From Opitutaceae bacterium (lineage in GTDB: Bacteria; Verrucomicrobiota; Verrucomicrobiia; Opitutales; Opitutaceae): 64,000 nucleotides of DNA. This document shows, in pieces, positions 28,444 to 38,171 of the stretch (position 1 is the first letter of the stretch; each line of letters starts with the position of its first letter). Made by a program: the position numbers and the translations under genes. The DNA is taken from assembly GCA_043745015.1 (NCBI GenBank), contig JAYTUA010000096.1:3304-67303 (forward strand), written 5' to 3'. The notes under the pieces were generated by a model. It searched no databases, had not been told where the DNA came from, and was given only the letters and a program-made list of their open reading frames with translations.

Positions 28444-29406
28444 TCAGGCCGGTTTCATCCACGGTAACAGGTCGAGGTCGACGTTGCCGCCCGTGACGAT
28501 CAGGCCGACGCGCCGGCCCTGAACAGGCAGATTGCCTTCCATAATGGCGGCATAGGGCACGGCGGCGGAGGGCTCGATGACAAGGTGGAGGGTCTCCCAG
28601 ATCGCGCGCATGGCGGCCACGATGCCCGCCTCGGAAACGGTGACCACGTCGTCCACATAGCGCTGGATGATAGGGAAGTTTTTCTCGCCCGTGCAGTTGG
28701 TACGCAGGCCGTCGGCGATGGTAGAGGGGGTGGGGATGGAGATGCGGCGGCCGGCGCGGAAGGACTGCGCGACGTCGTCGGCGAGGGCGGGCTCGACGCC
28801 GATGATCTTGATGCCAGGACGCACGGCCTTGGCCGCCACGGCCGTGCCGCACAGCAGGCCGCCACCGCCGACGGGACAGAGGATCACGTCAAGGTCCGGT
28901 TCATCCTCCAGCAATTCCAGCGCGGCCGTGCCCTGGCCGGCGGCGACCCGGAGGTCGTCAAACGGATGCACGATCGTCGCGCCGGTGCGTTTCGCGACCT
29001 GGGCGCAGGCGGCCTCGCGGGCGGTAAGGTTGGCCTCGCAAAACGTGATCCAGCCGCCGTAGGAGCCGACGTTGCGCACCTTGGATTCGGGCGCCCCGGC
29101 CGGCATGATGATATGGGCGGTGATGCCGCGCAGTTGCGCGGCGCGGGCGAGGGCCGCCGCATGGTTGCCCGAGGAATGCGTGACCACCCCCGTCGCGGCC
29201 TCGGAGTCGGTCAGGGAAAACACGGCGTTGCAGGCCCCGCGGGATTTGAAGGCCCCGGTTTCCTGGAAATTCTCGCACTTGAAGAGGAGGTGCCCGCCGC
29301 AGGCGGCATCGAGCCGTGCACTGGCGAGAACAGGGGTGCGCTTGATGAACGGGCGGATGCGCTCGTGGGCGGTGCGGATGGCGGCGAGGTCGAGAGTGGA
29401 GGACAT
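28444..29406 (-). CDS. PLP-dependent serine/threonine dehydratase (serine racemase-like)
   Basis: KCENFQETGAFKSRGA (PLP Lys), HSSGNHA, PVGGGGL, TIADGL, TGGNVD; no ACT domain. Confidence 0.9.
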   Translation of the reverse strand: MSSTLDLAAIRTAHERIRPFIKRTPVLASARLDAACGGHLLFKCENFQETGAFKSRGACNAVFSLTDSEAATGVVTHSSGNHAAALARAAQLRGITAHIIMPAGAPESKVRNVGSYGGWITFCEANLTAREAACAQVAKRTGATIVHPFDDLRVAAGQGTAALELLEDEPDLDVILCPVGGGGLLCGTAVAAKAVRPGIKIIGVEPALADDVAQSFRAGRRISIPTPSTIADGLRTNCTGEKNFPIIQRYVDDVVTVSEAGIVAAMRAIWETLHLVIEPSAAVPYAAIMEGNLPVQGRRVGLIVTGGNVDLDLLPWMKPA

Positions 29407-29423
29407 GAACAATTCAGGAGAAT

Positions 29424-29525
29424 TAACCACGAAACACACGAATGACACGAAAAGAAAGAGGGTACATTCAGTCGGGATTTTAATCCGGGCTGATTATTTC
29501 GTGTGTTTGGTGTATTTCGTGGTGC
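29424..29525. repeat. accacgaaacacacgaa / ttcgtgtgttt..cgtggt palindromic array repeat
   Basis: Imperfect inverted nonamer arrays in a divergent intergenic region. Confidence 0.7.
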
Positions 29526-29603
29526 TCTCCGATGCTCTGAATGGAGTTGGCCATGACTGGGATGGGATTTGATTTCGGATTGGACGGGGCTAGCCTTGCT
29601 CCC

Positions 29604-29990
29604 ATGACAGTCAAAAAGCTTCTCCACACCCGCATGCGGGTAAACGACATCGAGCGCTCGGTTAAGTTCTACGAGCAGGCGCTCGGTCTGACCGTGACGC
29701 GGCGGCATACGTCGCCGCGCGGCGCCCAGCTGGTGTTTCTCGCCACGCCGAATAGCGACGAGGAGATCGAGCTCTGTCAGATGCCGGACGGTACGCGTCC
29801 CGTGCAGGTGCAGCCGGACCTGATGCACCTCGCGTTTGCGGTGGATGACCTTGTGGCCTTCGCGGCCGCCGCGAAGAAAAAGGGCTACGCGCTCAGCGAC
29901 GGCCCGACCAAGACGGGTAGCGGTTCCATGATCGCCTTCATCGACGCCCCCGAGGGCTACGAGGTGGAGCTGATCCAGAAAGCGAAGTGA
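29604..29990 (+). CDS. VOC family / lactoylglutathione lyase
   Basis: LLHTRMRVNDIERSVKFY..ALG, EIEL, HLAF.VDD, AFIDAPEGYEVELI. Confidence 0.88.
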   Translation: MTVKKLLHTRMRVNDIERSVKFYEQALGLTVTRRHTSPRGAQLVFLATPNSDEEIELCQMPDGTRPVQVQPDLMHLAFAVDDLVAFAAAAKKKGYALSDGPTKTGSGSMIAFIDAPEGYEVELIQKAK

Positions 29991-30149
29991 GTCACTTCAC
30001 GGCCAACGCCTCCGGCAACGAGCTGCTGGCCCGGGTCGGACGCGCACGGTCTGTTTTCTGAGGAGCGGATGGAATGCGGTGATTTTGCGGGTGAAGGCCG
30101 TGGTCGGCGCAGAGCACACACCGGATAAGTATCACCGGCAGCGCACAGG

Positions 30150-30911
30150 CTAAAAGGTAAGCCCGAGGGTGAAGCCAAGCGTGTTGTCCGGACTGGCGTC
30201 GGTGAACCCGCGCATAAAGAATACTTGGATATGGCTGCTCTCGGTGAGCTTATGCTGGGCAAAAACCATCGCCTCGATGGCCTGCTTGCCTTGGTCGATG
30301 GTTCGTTCGCGCCAGTTTGCGGCCAAGCCCAGCGTATTAGAGGTCGACACTTTTGAGACAATTCCGGTCGTGGCAAAAAAGCCGCTCTTCATCGGGTAGC
30401 TGACACTGTGCCCGAGAAATTGGTACCCGAAAGTGGCGAAGGGCGTGATGCCGCCACCGGACTTGAGGACATCCACTTGGACGGACTCATCGAACTCGCC
30501 GGTCCCAAGCCCCTTGTTTTTATCCGCGGTTGGGAATTTCACCTTGGCGCCAATCGAAGTGGTCCAGCCAGGCAAATCGCTAGCCAGCTTGCGGAAAACG
30601 GAGAGAGAGGCGTCACCGACGCCGGAGGCCGAGCGCGACACCGTTGAAGGACCCGTATTGCCAACGACGGTGGCAGGTCCCTTGAGATGCACGTAAGGCA
30701 GCGATGCTTGCAGTCGCCAGTCACCGCTCTCGTAAGTCGGGCTGACCAGGGCGATGAACACGTCGGTGTCGGTGGCGAGCCCGTATCTGCCCTGCGCAAA
30801 GATGAAACTGCTATCGAGCTTGGTCGATGGCGCGGCGGTTTGAGCAAGCCCAGTCGTTACCGCGGCGAGTGTCAGAATGCAGAGCAAGGGTTTGAGCATT
30901 TTGGAATTCAT
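30150..30911 (-). CDS. exported outer-membrane beta-barrel, COG4313/Phenol_MetA_deg-like
   Basis: Signal peptide; SGVGD and KVKFPTAD..KGLGTGEFD motifs; alternating amphipathic strands; C-terminal Phe. Confidence 0.7.
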   Translation of the reverse strand: MNSKMLKPLLCILTLAAVTTGLAQTAAPSTKLDSSFIFAQGRYGLATDTDVFIALVSPTYESGDWRLQASLPYVHLKGPATVVGNTGPSTVSRSASGVGDASLSVFRKLASDLPGWTTSIGAKVKFPTADKNKGLGTGEFDESVQVDVLKSGGGITPFATFGYQFLGHSVSYPMKSGFFATTGIVSKVSTSNTLGLAANWRERTIDQGKQAIEAMVFAQHKLTESSHIQVFFMRGFTDASPDNTLGFTLGLTF

Positions 30912-30925
30912 GTTGGTGTATGGGG

Positions 30926-30964
30926 AAAGGGGAGCCGCCCGGGGGAACCGTGGCGCTCCCCTTT
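30926..30964. other. intergenic stem-loop between the repeat protein and barrel genes
   Basis: aaaggggag...ctccccttt 9-bp stem extended by an inner cgcc/ggcg stem. Confidence 0.5.
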
Positions 30965-31009
30965 AGGGTGAGGGATTGTGCAGAAACCAGGATCAGGATT
31001 TGTCGGCTT

Positions 31010-31792
31010 TCACTTCTGGTTGTCCGTCGCCTCGGCCAGACCTTTTGCGGCATGCGGGTTGGCGACCTGTTTAGCCCTGTTGAGGCCGGTGGTGGTCTTA
31101 GCACTCGCATCGTCCGCCTTCTTCAGGCCCTTTTTTGCATCAGGGCTGGCGACCTTATTGACCTTATCATTGTCAACATCAGTGGTCTTGTCACTCGCAT
31201 CATCAACTTTATCGTCAACCCCTTCAGCCTTATCGTCAACCCCTTCAGCCTTGTCGTCAACCCGTTCGGCCTTGTCGCTAACACGTTCGGCCTTGTCGCT
31301 GACCCGTTCAGCTTTGGCTAGAGCGTTTGCGGCGTGGGGATTGGCAACTTTTATGGCCTTGTCGACGCCAGTGCTGGAGTGATCGGTCGCTGCCGCGGCC
31401 TTGGCCAGGCCCTGCTCGGCATTGGCATTGGCGACCGTGCCCGCTTTGGCCAAGCCTGTTTGAGCCCCCGTGGCGGCGTTGCCCGCCCGGGCGGCATTTG
31501 CCGCAGCCTCGGTCGTGTTAGCCGCATGGTTGGCAGAGTTGGCCGCATGGGAAGCTTGGGCCGCCGCATTGGATGCGTTGGATGCGGCTTTGGAGGCATC
31601 GGCGGCAGCGTGTGACGCGTTTGCGGCGGAGTTCGCCGCATTCGCCGCCATGGTGGTTGCGTCAGAGGCATGTGACGCAGCCGAAGCGGCGTTGCTCGCG
31701 GCGGCGGCAGCGTGTGAAGATTGGGCAGAGGCGATGTGCGGAAGGAGTGAAAAGATTCCGGCCGCAGTGGCGAGATAGAGACGATATTTCAT
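31010..31792 (-). CDS. secreted Ala/Asn/Asp/Lys-rich repeat protein
   Basis: Signal peptide MKYRLYLATAAGIFSLLPHIASA; heptad Ala repeats; 3-4 copies of G[LV].[KR]A..VAN.[HN]A..[GA]LA; 5x AE[RG]V[SD]DK. Confidence 0.8.
   Translation of the reverse strand: MKYRLYLATAAGIFSLLPHIASAQSSHAAAAASNAASAASHASDATTMAANAANSAANASHAAADASKAASNASNAAAQASHAANSANHAANTTEAAANAARAGNAATGAQTGLAKAGTVANANAEQGLAKAAAATDHSSTGVDKAIKVANPHAANALAKAERVSDKAERVSDKAERVDDKAEGVDDKAEGVDDKVDDASDKTTDVDNDKVNKVASPDAKKGLKKADDASAKTTTGLNRAKQVANPHAAKGLAEATDNQK
31209..31313. repeat. 5 x 21-bp coding tandem repeat
   Basis: ttatcgtcaaccccttcagcc twice, then three degenerate copies. Confidence 0.9.
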
Positions 31793-32047
31793 GGTAGTTG
31801 TTGTTTTTGAGGTTGTTTCGATATTTCTAGGCGGGCCACCGATCAGAATCGGCAAAGTCTCACCTTGAACGATGTCTTAGTGAGGCGTTCATCAGTCGAA
31901 GTTCCAGACAAGACCCCTAACTTCCAAATATGGCATCCATTTTACGCCATAGGACCATTTGGTTTACTTTCAGAGCCATTTGCCGGCTGCGCAGGAAATT
32001 GCCTGTGCGTAGATGCTCAATTTTAAGCGGAGCGCAGATGACCCAGC

Positions 32048-32950
32048 CTAACGCCCGCCATGTTTTCGTTCCCACGCAAACAAGTATTGCTGGGCGAGGC
32101 CGGCGAGCGGACCGAAATGGGCCCGCCCGAAATGGGCGACTTGGGCGGGCTTCCAGCCGTCGAGGCCGTAGCGCCGGGCGAGGGATTTGAGCACCCACGT
32201 GTCGACGGGGAAGGCCTCGAGTCTGCCCGCCCCGAAAAGCAGGACGCAGTCGGCGACTTTCTCCCCGACTCCAGGCAGCTCGATCAGGCGGGCCTTGGCC
32301 TCGGCGTAGGGCAGACGTTCGGTCTCGGCGAGCCAGCCGGGCCGGGTGGCGAGGAATTTTGCCGTGCCGTGAATATATTTGGCGCGGAAGCCGAGCAGGC
32401 AGGTGCGCAGTTCCTTCTCGGGAATCCGAGCGAGCACGTTCCATGTCGGCAATCCGTGATGACCCGGCGCCACGATCGTGCCATGACGCTCGGCCAGCAG
32501 GGCGACCATCTGCTTGATCTGGACGATCTGCTTGGTGGCGCTGCACAGGAAGCCCAAGAGCGTTTCGCCAAAAGGCTGGTGCAAAATGCGGAGCCCGGGA
32601 AAGGCGGCGATGCACTGCGCGAGATGCGCATCGCTGCGCCAGGGCAGCGTGTCGGCGAGTGCGGACCAATCACGATCCTGACCAAGGTAATGGTTAACGG
32701 CGGATTCATCCGTTCGGCCGGCGCCGCGCCATTCGAGTGAATCGCGGCCAGCCCGGATTTGGGCAACGTGATCGAGCCATTGGCCGGTCCAGACGCGGGG
32801 TGAGGGCACCCCGCCCACAATTTGCCCGGACGGTGACCAACGAAAGCTCTGTCCGCCGTCGAGGGTCTCGGCAAGGACGGCGGGCGACGGATGCCATCCG
32901 GCGAGCGGCCGCCAGTCAGTCCAATAGATCTGCTTTCCGATGTGTGTCAT
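32048..32950 (-). CDS. HhH-GPD DNA glycosylase, 8-oxoguanine glycosylase (OGG1)-like
   Basis: ETLDGGQSFRW (OGG N-domain), GLRILHQ, LGFRAKYI, LPGVGEKVADCVLLF...FPVDTW, AGLAQQYLF. Confidence 0.88.
   Translation of the reverse strand: MTHIGKQIYWTDWRPLAGWHPSPAVLAETLDGGQSFRWSPSGQIVGGVPSPRVWTGQWLDHVAQIRAGRDSLEWRGAGRTDESAVNHYLGQDRDWSALADTLPWRSDAHLAQCIAAFPGLRILHQPFGETLLGFLCSATKQIVQIKQMVALLAERHGTIVAPGHHGLPTWNVLARIPEKELRTCLLGFRAKYIHGTAKFLATRPGWLAETERLPYAEAKARLIELPGVGEKVADCVLLFGAGRLEAFPVDTWVLKSLARRYGLDGWKPAQVAHFGRAHFGPLAGLAQQYLFAWERKHGGR
32794..32819. repeat. 26-bp GTGG-type REP inside the glycosylase CDS
   Basis: cgcggggtgagggcaccccgcccaca, identical to 22315-22340 and 55291-55316. Confidence 0.9.
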
Positions 32951-33021
32951 CCTGAGTGCAACGAAGGATCCATTCTGTCAGGGGCAGTCCAACTGGATTC
33001 TTCGCTATGCTCAGAATGACA
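32945..33021. repeat. TGTC-type palindromic repeat
   Basis: tgtcatcctgagtgcaacgaaggatcc ... ggattcttcgctatgctcagaatgaca. Confidence 0.8.
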
Positions 33022-33028
33022 GGGAACG

Positions 33029-33523
33029 CTATTTTGTCGTAGGTTTTTCCCAGAGGTAACTCTTCTCGGTGACGAGCACATGTCCGTCGGCGTCGAGGAG
33101 TTCGAGTTTCCAGGCGACGGGATTCAATTTGGGGTCGGGCCAATCGGCCCCGGTCAGGCCGAGTTGGAACATCGTGTCGCCGGACTTGAGTTCCGGGGAG
33201 AAAGCATAGCTCAACGGCTTGGCGTTGGCGGCAGTGATGACGTCCAGGCTGGCCTTGATGGATTTGAGCGAGCCGGAGTTGGTGGCGCGGATAAGAAAAT
33301 AATAGCCGGCGCGCTGGTCGGGATGAGTGCGCAGGATAATCTCGCCCCCGGTGTTCTCCTTGCCGTCGAAGTATTCGGAGATGCGCTTGAAGGACGCGGC
33401 GTCGCGCCAGCCGGTGAAGATGTGGGCGATGGTCACCTCGGAGGCATTCGTGGACAATGCTCCGAGGAGCAGGAGGAGAAAACCACCACGGAGGGCACGG
33501 ATAGACACGGATGAGTTTTTCAT
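33029..33523 (-). CDS. exported hypothetical protein
   Basis: Start MKNSSVSIRALRGGFLLLLLGALSTNA (signal-like); soluble domain FKRISEYF.GKE...RAGYYF; same strand as its neighbours. Confidence 0.7.
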   Translation of the reverse strand: MKNSSVSIRALRGGFLLLLLGALSTNASEVTIAHIFTGWRDAASFKRISEYFDGKENTGGEIILRTHPDQRAGYYFLIRATNSGSLKSIKASLDVITAANAKPLSYAFSPELKSGDTMFQLGLTGADWPDPKLNPVAWKLELLDADGHVLVTEKSYLWEKPTTK

Positions 33524-33551
33524 GACGGAGGGAATGACACGCAAGAGCGGA

Positions 33552-35168
33552 CTAAGGTGCCAGGTAAACCTTTTTGTAGAGATGATAGCCCACCGGGGAT
33601 GGATCCCAGTTCCTGACCGCCGGATGGATCAGGTAAGTGCGGGCGCTGAAAACGACCGGCGCGACGGGCGCGGCGGCGAGCCATAACGATTCGGCCTGCT
33701 GGAAATAGTCAAAGCGCGTGCGTTCATCGGCGGTGTTGGCGGCGGCGGCGATGAGGTGATCGAAGGTTGGACTCGACCAGCCGGTCCAGTTGTTGCCGTT
33801 GCCCGTCAGTCCGAGCTGGAGGAAGGTGATCGGGTCGGCGAAATCAGCCGACCAGCCCAACAGGCCGATCGTATGACTGAGGGTCTGCTGGTTTTGCACC
33901 CAGGTTTTCTGCTCGAAAGGTTCGATGGTGATGTTGACGCCAAGTTCGCGGTGCCACATCGCCTGAATGGCCTCAGCCATCTTGGGCAGCTTGTCATTGT
34001 TCAGCACCTGCAGGGGGAAAACGGGCAGGCCGCGGCCGCCGGGGTAACCGGCCTCGGCCAGCAACCGGCGCGCCTCCGCGAAGTCGTCCTCGGCCCGCGC
34101 CGGTGGCGTGTAGTCGCCGCAACCCGGCGGGGTGAATGAATGGGCCGGCAAAAAGGCGTTGTTGAACACACTGCGCGATATCGCCTGGCGGTCGATAGCC
34201 AGGGCCAGGGCCCGGCGCAGCTTGGCGTTGTCCAGCGGCGGCTTGGTGACGTTGAAGTTGACATACCACACCATGAGGAAGGGATCCAAACGCAACTGGC
34301 CGGGCGTCTGTTGCCGGTAGACGGGGATCTTGGATGAGGGCACGTCGTAGGTGAGGTGCAACTGGCCGGCGCGGAAAGCACGCTCCTCAACATCGGGATT
34401 CTCAGTGGGGGAAAACACGATGCGATTCAGGCGCACGACCGCCGCTGCCCAATAGTGGGGATTTTTCTCCACCGTGATGCGGGCGTTGGGCGTCCATTCG
34501 GTGAGGACGAAGGGGCCGTTGCCCACCAGATTGCCGGGGCGGGTCCAGACCGTGCCGCGTTGGTCGATGCGGCCGAATTTTTCGATGGTCAGCCGGTGCA
34601 CGGGATACCAGGTCGGGTGGGCGGCGAGAGCCGGCAGGTAGGGCGTCGGGCGCTCCAAGGTCAGGCGCAGGGTCGTGTCGTCCGGCGTGGCGATTCCCAC
34701 GGCGGAGAAATCGCCGAGCTTGCCGGAGTTGAACGCTTCGGCGTTCTTGATGGGCCAAAGCATGTAGGAATATTCTGCGCCGAGCGCGGGCGTGAGGATA
34801 CGCCGAAAAGCGTAGGCAAAATCTTGCGAAGTCACGCGGTCGCCGTTAGACCAACCGGCATCAGGCCGGAGGTGGAAGGTCCAGACCAGGCCATCGGTCG
34901 AGGCCTCCCAGCGCGTGGCGACGCCCGGCAGAGCGCGGGAAGATTTTTCATCCAGCACCGTGAGCCCTTCAAAAAGCGTGGTGGCGATATTCTGGTCCGT
35001 GTAGGCCGAGATCAGCGGCGGATCCAGGTCGCGTGGCTCGGCGAGGTTGCCAATGAGCAAGGTCTGGGAGCGGAGGCCGGCCTCCGCCGGGGTCTCACGC
35101 TTGGCGCAGCTGGCGGTCAGTAAACAGAGGACCGGGGACAGAAAACAGGGCAGAAACCGGAGGCGCAT
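33552..35168 (-). CDS. peptide ABC transporter substrate-binding lipoprotein (OppA-like)
   Basis: Lipobox LTASC, EP.DLDP, FEGL, WSNGD.VT..DF, GNGPF.L..W, LRRAL.LAIDR; no permease genes adjacent. Confidence 0.9.
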   Translation of the reverse strand: MRLRFLPCFLSPVLCLLTASCAKRETPAEAGLRSQTLLIGNLAEPRDLDPPLISAYTDQNIATTLFEGLTVLDEKSSRALPGVATRWEASTDGLVWTFHLRPDAGWSNGDRVTSQDFAYAFRRILTPALGAEYSYMLWPIKNAEAFNSGKLGDFSAVGIATPDDTTLRLTLERPTPYLPALAAHPTWYPVHRLTIEKFGRIDQRGTVWTRPGNLVGNGPFVLTEWTPNARITVEKNPHYWAAAVVRLNRIVFSPTENPDVEERAFRAGQLHLTYDVPSSKIPVYRQQTPGQLRLDPFLMVWYVNFNVTKPPLDNAKLRRALALAIDRQAISRSVFNNAFLPAHSFTPPGCGDYTPPARAEDDFAEARRLLAEAGYPGGRGLPVFPLQVLNNDKLPKMAEAIQAMWHRELGVNITIEPFEQKTWVQNQQTLSHTIGLLGWSADFADPITFLQLGLTGNGNNWTGWSSPTFDHLIAAAANTADERTRFDYFQQAESLWLAAAPVAPVVFSARTYLIHPAVRNWDPSPVGYHLYKKVYLAP

Positions 35169-35274
35169 GGGGGGATACAAGCTGAATTGAGTCAGCAGGC
35201 AAGGAGCGGGCGGAAGAATTCTGTGTCCAAGGTCTAATAAACCCCGCCATCATCCGTGTAAGGAGCACGGTCGC

Positions 35275-35814
35275 TTGAATAACGAACCAGAAACAACCCA
35301 TGACAGTCCTGCTGCCAGCTCCTTTGTGCAAGCGGCGGTCGTGCGCCATCAGGCGCCCCTGCTGCGCTACGCCACCCGCCTCCTCCACGGCGACGCCGAC
35401 CGGGCGCGCGATGTGGTGCAGGACACCTTCGTCCGCCTCATGGCCCAGCCGCCGGAACAGGTGGACGGGCACGTGGCGGAGTGGCTCTTCACGGTCTGCC
35501 GCAACCGCACCCACGATGTGCAGCGCAAGGAGGGCCGTATGAGCCAGTTTGCCGAGGGCCAGGCCGAGCGCATCGTCGCCGTCGAACCGAGACCCGGCGC
35601 GACACTGGAACGCGCCGAGCAGCACGCGGCCGTGCTCAAGCTCATCAGCCAGCTGCCGCACAACCAGCAGGAGGTCGTGCGGTTGAAATTCCAAAACGGG
35701 TTCAGTTACCAGGAAATCAGCCGCATCACGTCGCTGTCCGTCGGCAACGTCGGTTTCATCCTGCACACCGCGCTCAAGGCCCTGCGGCAAACCCTGGCCG
35801 CCCAGCCGGAATGA
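35275..35814 (+). CDS. ECF sigma-70 factor (start uncertain)
   Basis: Region 2 LLRYA..L....A.DVVQDTFVRL...WLFTVCRNR; region 4 LP.NQQEVVRLKF..GFSYQEIS. Confidence 0.9.
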   Translation: MNNEPETTHDSPAASSFVQAAVVRHQAPLLRYATRLLHGDADRARDVVQDTFVRLMAQPPEQVDGHVAEWLFTVCRNRTHDVQRKEGRMSQFAEGQAERIVAVEPRPGATLERAEQHAAVLKLISQLPHNQQEVVRLKFQNGFSYQEISRITSLSVGNVGFILHTALKALRQTLAAQPE

Positions 35815-35872
35815 TCCGCCTACGCCAAGGCTACGGCGCGACAAGCCGAGAACAAAACACAGATAAACTAAC

Positions 35873-38077
35873 ATGAACCAGAATCACATTTCCCCCGACG
35901 ATCCCCGCCTGACCCTCTACGCCCTCCACGAGATGGAGCCGGCCGAACGCGCGGGATTTGAAAAACTGCTGCAGCAGGACGCCGCCGCCCGTCTAGCCGT
36001 GGAAGAGATCCAGGCCATGGCGGCGACGGTCACGACCGCACTCGAACAGGAACCCTGCTCCGCCGAGGCTTCCGCCGTCGCTGAAGCTATGGCGGACAAG
36101 CCTGAGGGCAGGCCCACGACTCAGATGGCCGGCAAGGTCCTGCGGTTTCCGCAGGTCTACTTCTTGATCAGCGGCCTGGCCGCGGCGTGCTTCGCCGTGT
36201 TCTTCGTCTACTGGCAGCAAAACCAGCCGATTCATACCGCGCATAATTACATCGCGGTGGATGTGGCCAAGGTGGCCTCGGCCGAATCGCAGAAAAAGGA
36301 GCAGGAGAAGGCCGTGACTGTGGACCTGCCCGTGGTTCCCTCGCCAACGCCGGCTGTCACCATGGGGTTGGCGGATTCGTTGCAGCCCGTATCCGGTAAC
36401 AGCAGTGCTCGGTCGGCCGTGCCCGTGGCACGGCAGGACGAGGTTATCGCATTGAGTCCCTTTGTGGTCGCCAGCCCGGCTGAAGGTTACACCGCCAGCT
36501 CGACGGTCGCGGGTTCCCGGTTGTCAACTGAGTTGAAGGATATCGGTTCGTCGGTCACGGTCGTGACTTCAAACTTCTCGGGGACAATCGCGCGTTCATC
36601 GGCGTCTCCCGTGATGTTGAGCGCGGGTTCTGCGGAACACGAATTCAACACCGAGGCCTACGGTTTCCGGAAGGACAACGACTACCTGCGCGTGGCGGAC
36701 CATCCGCTTTCCACCTTCTCGGTGAATGTGGACACGGCGTCCTATGCCAATGTGCGGCGTTTCCTGACCCAGGGGCAGCGTCCGCCGGCCGATGCCGTGC
36801 GGATCGAGGAGCTGGTGAATTATTTTCCCTACCGCTATGCCCCGCCGACGGGCAACGTGCCGTTTGCGGCGCACCTCGAGGTGGCGTCGGCGCCGTGGGC
36901 GCCGGAACACCGGCTCGTGCGGATCGGACTGAAGGGCCGCGAGGTCAGCGATGCGCAGCGGCCGGCCGCCAATCTGGTCTTCCTGCTCGATGTGTCGGGC
37001 TCGATGAACCAGCCGAACAAGCTCCCACTGGTGAAGCAGTCGCTGCGTCTCCTCGTGAACAAACTCCGGGCGGACGACCGCGTGGCCATCGCCGTCTATG
37101 CCGGGGCCTCGGGCCTGGCGCTGCCTTCCACGAGTGCCAGCCGGAAGTCCGAGATCCTGGACGCCATCGACCGGTTGCAGGCCGCGGGTTCGACGAACGG
37201 GGCCATGGGCATCCACCTGGCCTATGATATCGCCAAGGCCAATTTCATCACCGGCGGCGTGAATCGCGTGATCCTCGCCACCGACGGTGACTTCAATGTC
37301 GGCACGACGAGCGAGGGCGAGCTGGTGCGCCTGATCGAGGAGAAGGCCAAGAGCGGCGTCTTCCTCAGCGTGCTCGGTTTCGGCATGGGCAACTACAAGG
37401 ACAGCACCCTCGAGCAGCTGGCCGACAAGGGCAACGGCAACTACGCCTACATCGACACCCTGGCCGAAGCGAAGAAGTCGCTCGTCGACCAGGCGGGCGG
37501 CACGCTCGTGACCATCGCCAAGGACGTGAAGATCCAGGTGGAGTTCAATCCGGCCCAGGTGCAGGCCTACCGGCTGATCGGCTACGAGAACCGGCTGCTG
37601 GCCAAGGAAGATTTCAAGAACGACAAGATTGATGCCGGCGAGATCGGCGCGGGCCACACGGTGACGGCCTTGTATGAAGTGGTGCCGGTCGGGGCGGAGT
37701 TGCCGGGCGAGTCGCCTGCCGTCGATGCTTTGAAGTATCAGGTGCCGGCAAATCCAAAATCCAAAATCCAAAATCCAAAATCAGGTGAGCTGCTGACCGT
37801 GAAGATCCGCTACAAGGAACCCACCAGCGACGTGAGCAACCCGCTGGAGTTCCCGCTGCGCGACACCGGGGCGCGGTTTGAGGACGCGAGTGCGGACTTC
37901 AAGTTTGCCGCGGCGGTCGCGGGCTTCGGCATGGCGCTGCGGGATTCACCGCACAAGGGCACGCTGACTTTGGCCGATATCACGGCCTGGGGCTTGGCCG
38001 GAACGGGCGATGATCCCGGCGGCTATCGCAGCGAGTTCCTCGGCCTGGTGAAGCAGGCGGAGGCCCTTCTTCGCTGA
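35873..38077 (+). CDS. YfbK-like VWA-domain protein with anti-sigma-like N-terminus and TM helix
   Basis: LTLYAL.EM...E...FE N-terminus, TM segment, STFSVNVDTASY, MIDAS LDVSGSM, ILATDGDFNVG, YRLIGYENR, DAGEIGAGHTVTALYE. Confidence 0.9.
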   Translation: MNQNHISPDDPRLTLYALHEMEPAERAGFEKLLQQDAAARLAVEEIQAMAATVTTALEQEPCSAEASAVAEAMADKPEGRPTTQMAGKVLRFPQVYFLISGLAAACFAVFFVYWQQNQPIHTAHNYIAVDVAKVASAESQKKEQEKAVTVDLPVVPSPTPAVTMGLADSLQPVSGNSSARSAVPVARQDEVIALSPFVVASPAEGYTASSTVAGSRLSTELKDIGSSVTVVTSNFSGTIARSSASPVMLSAGSAEHEFNTEAYGFRKDNDYLRVADHPLSTFSVNVDTASYANVRRFLTQGQRPPADAVRIEELVNYFPYRYAPPTGNVPFAAHLEVASAPWAPEHRLVRIGLKGREVSDAQRPAANLVFLLDVSGSMNQPNKLPLVKQSLRLLVNKLRADDRVAIAVYAGASGLALPSTSASRKSEILDAIDRLQAAGSTNGAMGIHLAYDIAKANFITGGVNRVILATDGDFNVGTTSEGELVRLIEEKAKSGVFLSVLGFGMGNYKDSTLEQLADKGNGNYAYIDTLAEAKKSLVDQAGGTLVTIAKDVKIQVEFNPAQVQAYRLIGYENRLLAKEDFKNDKIDAGEIGAGHTVTALYEVVPVGAELPGESPAVDALKYQVPANPKSKIQNPKSGELLTVKIRYKEPTSDVSNPLEFPLRDTGARFEDASADFKFAAAVAGFGMALRDSPHKGTLTLADITAWGLAGTGDDPGGYRSEFLGLVKQAEALLR

Positions 38078-38171
38078 AGCTACGCAGGGCAGGCCGTTGG
38101 GGCAGTGAAACCAACGGCCCCGCCTTGCTGCGGGCTTGCTATCGCGAAAACGGCTCAATCTGCTCGGGGTC

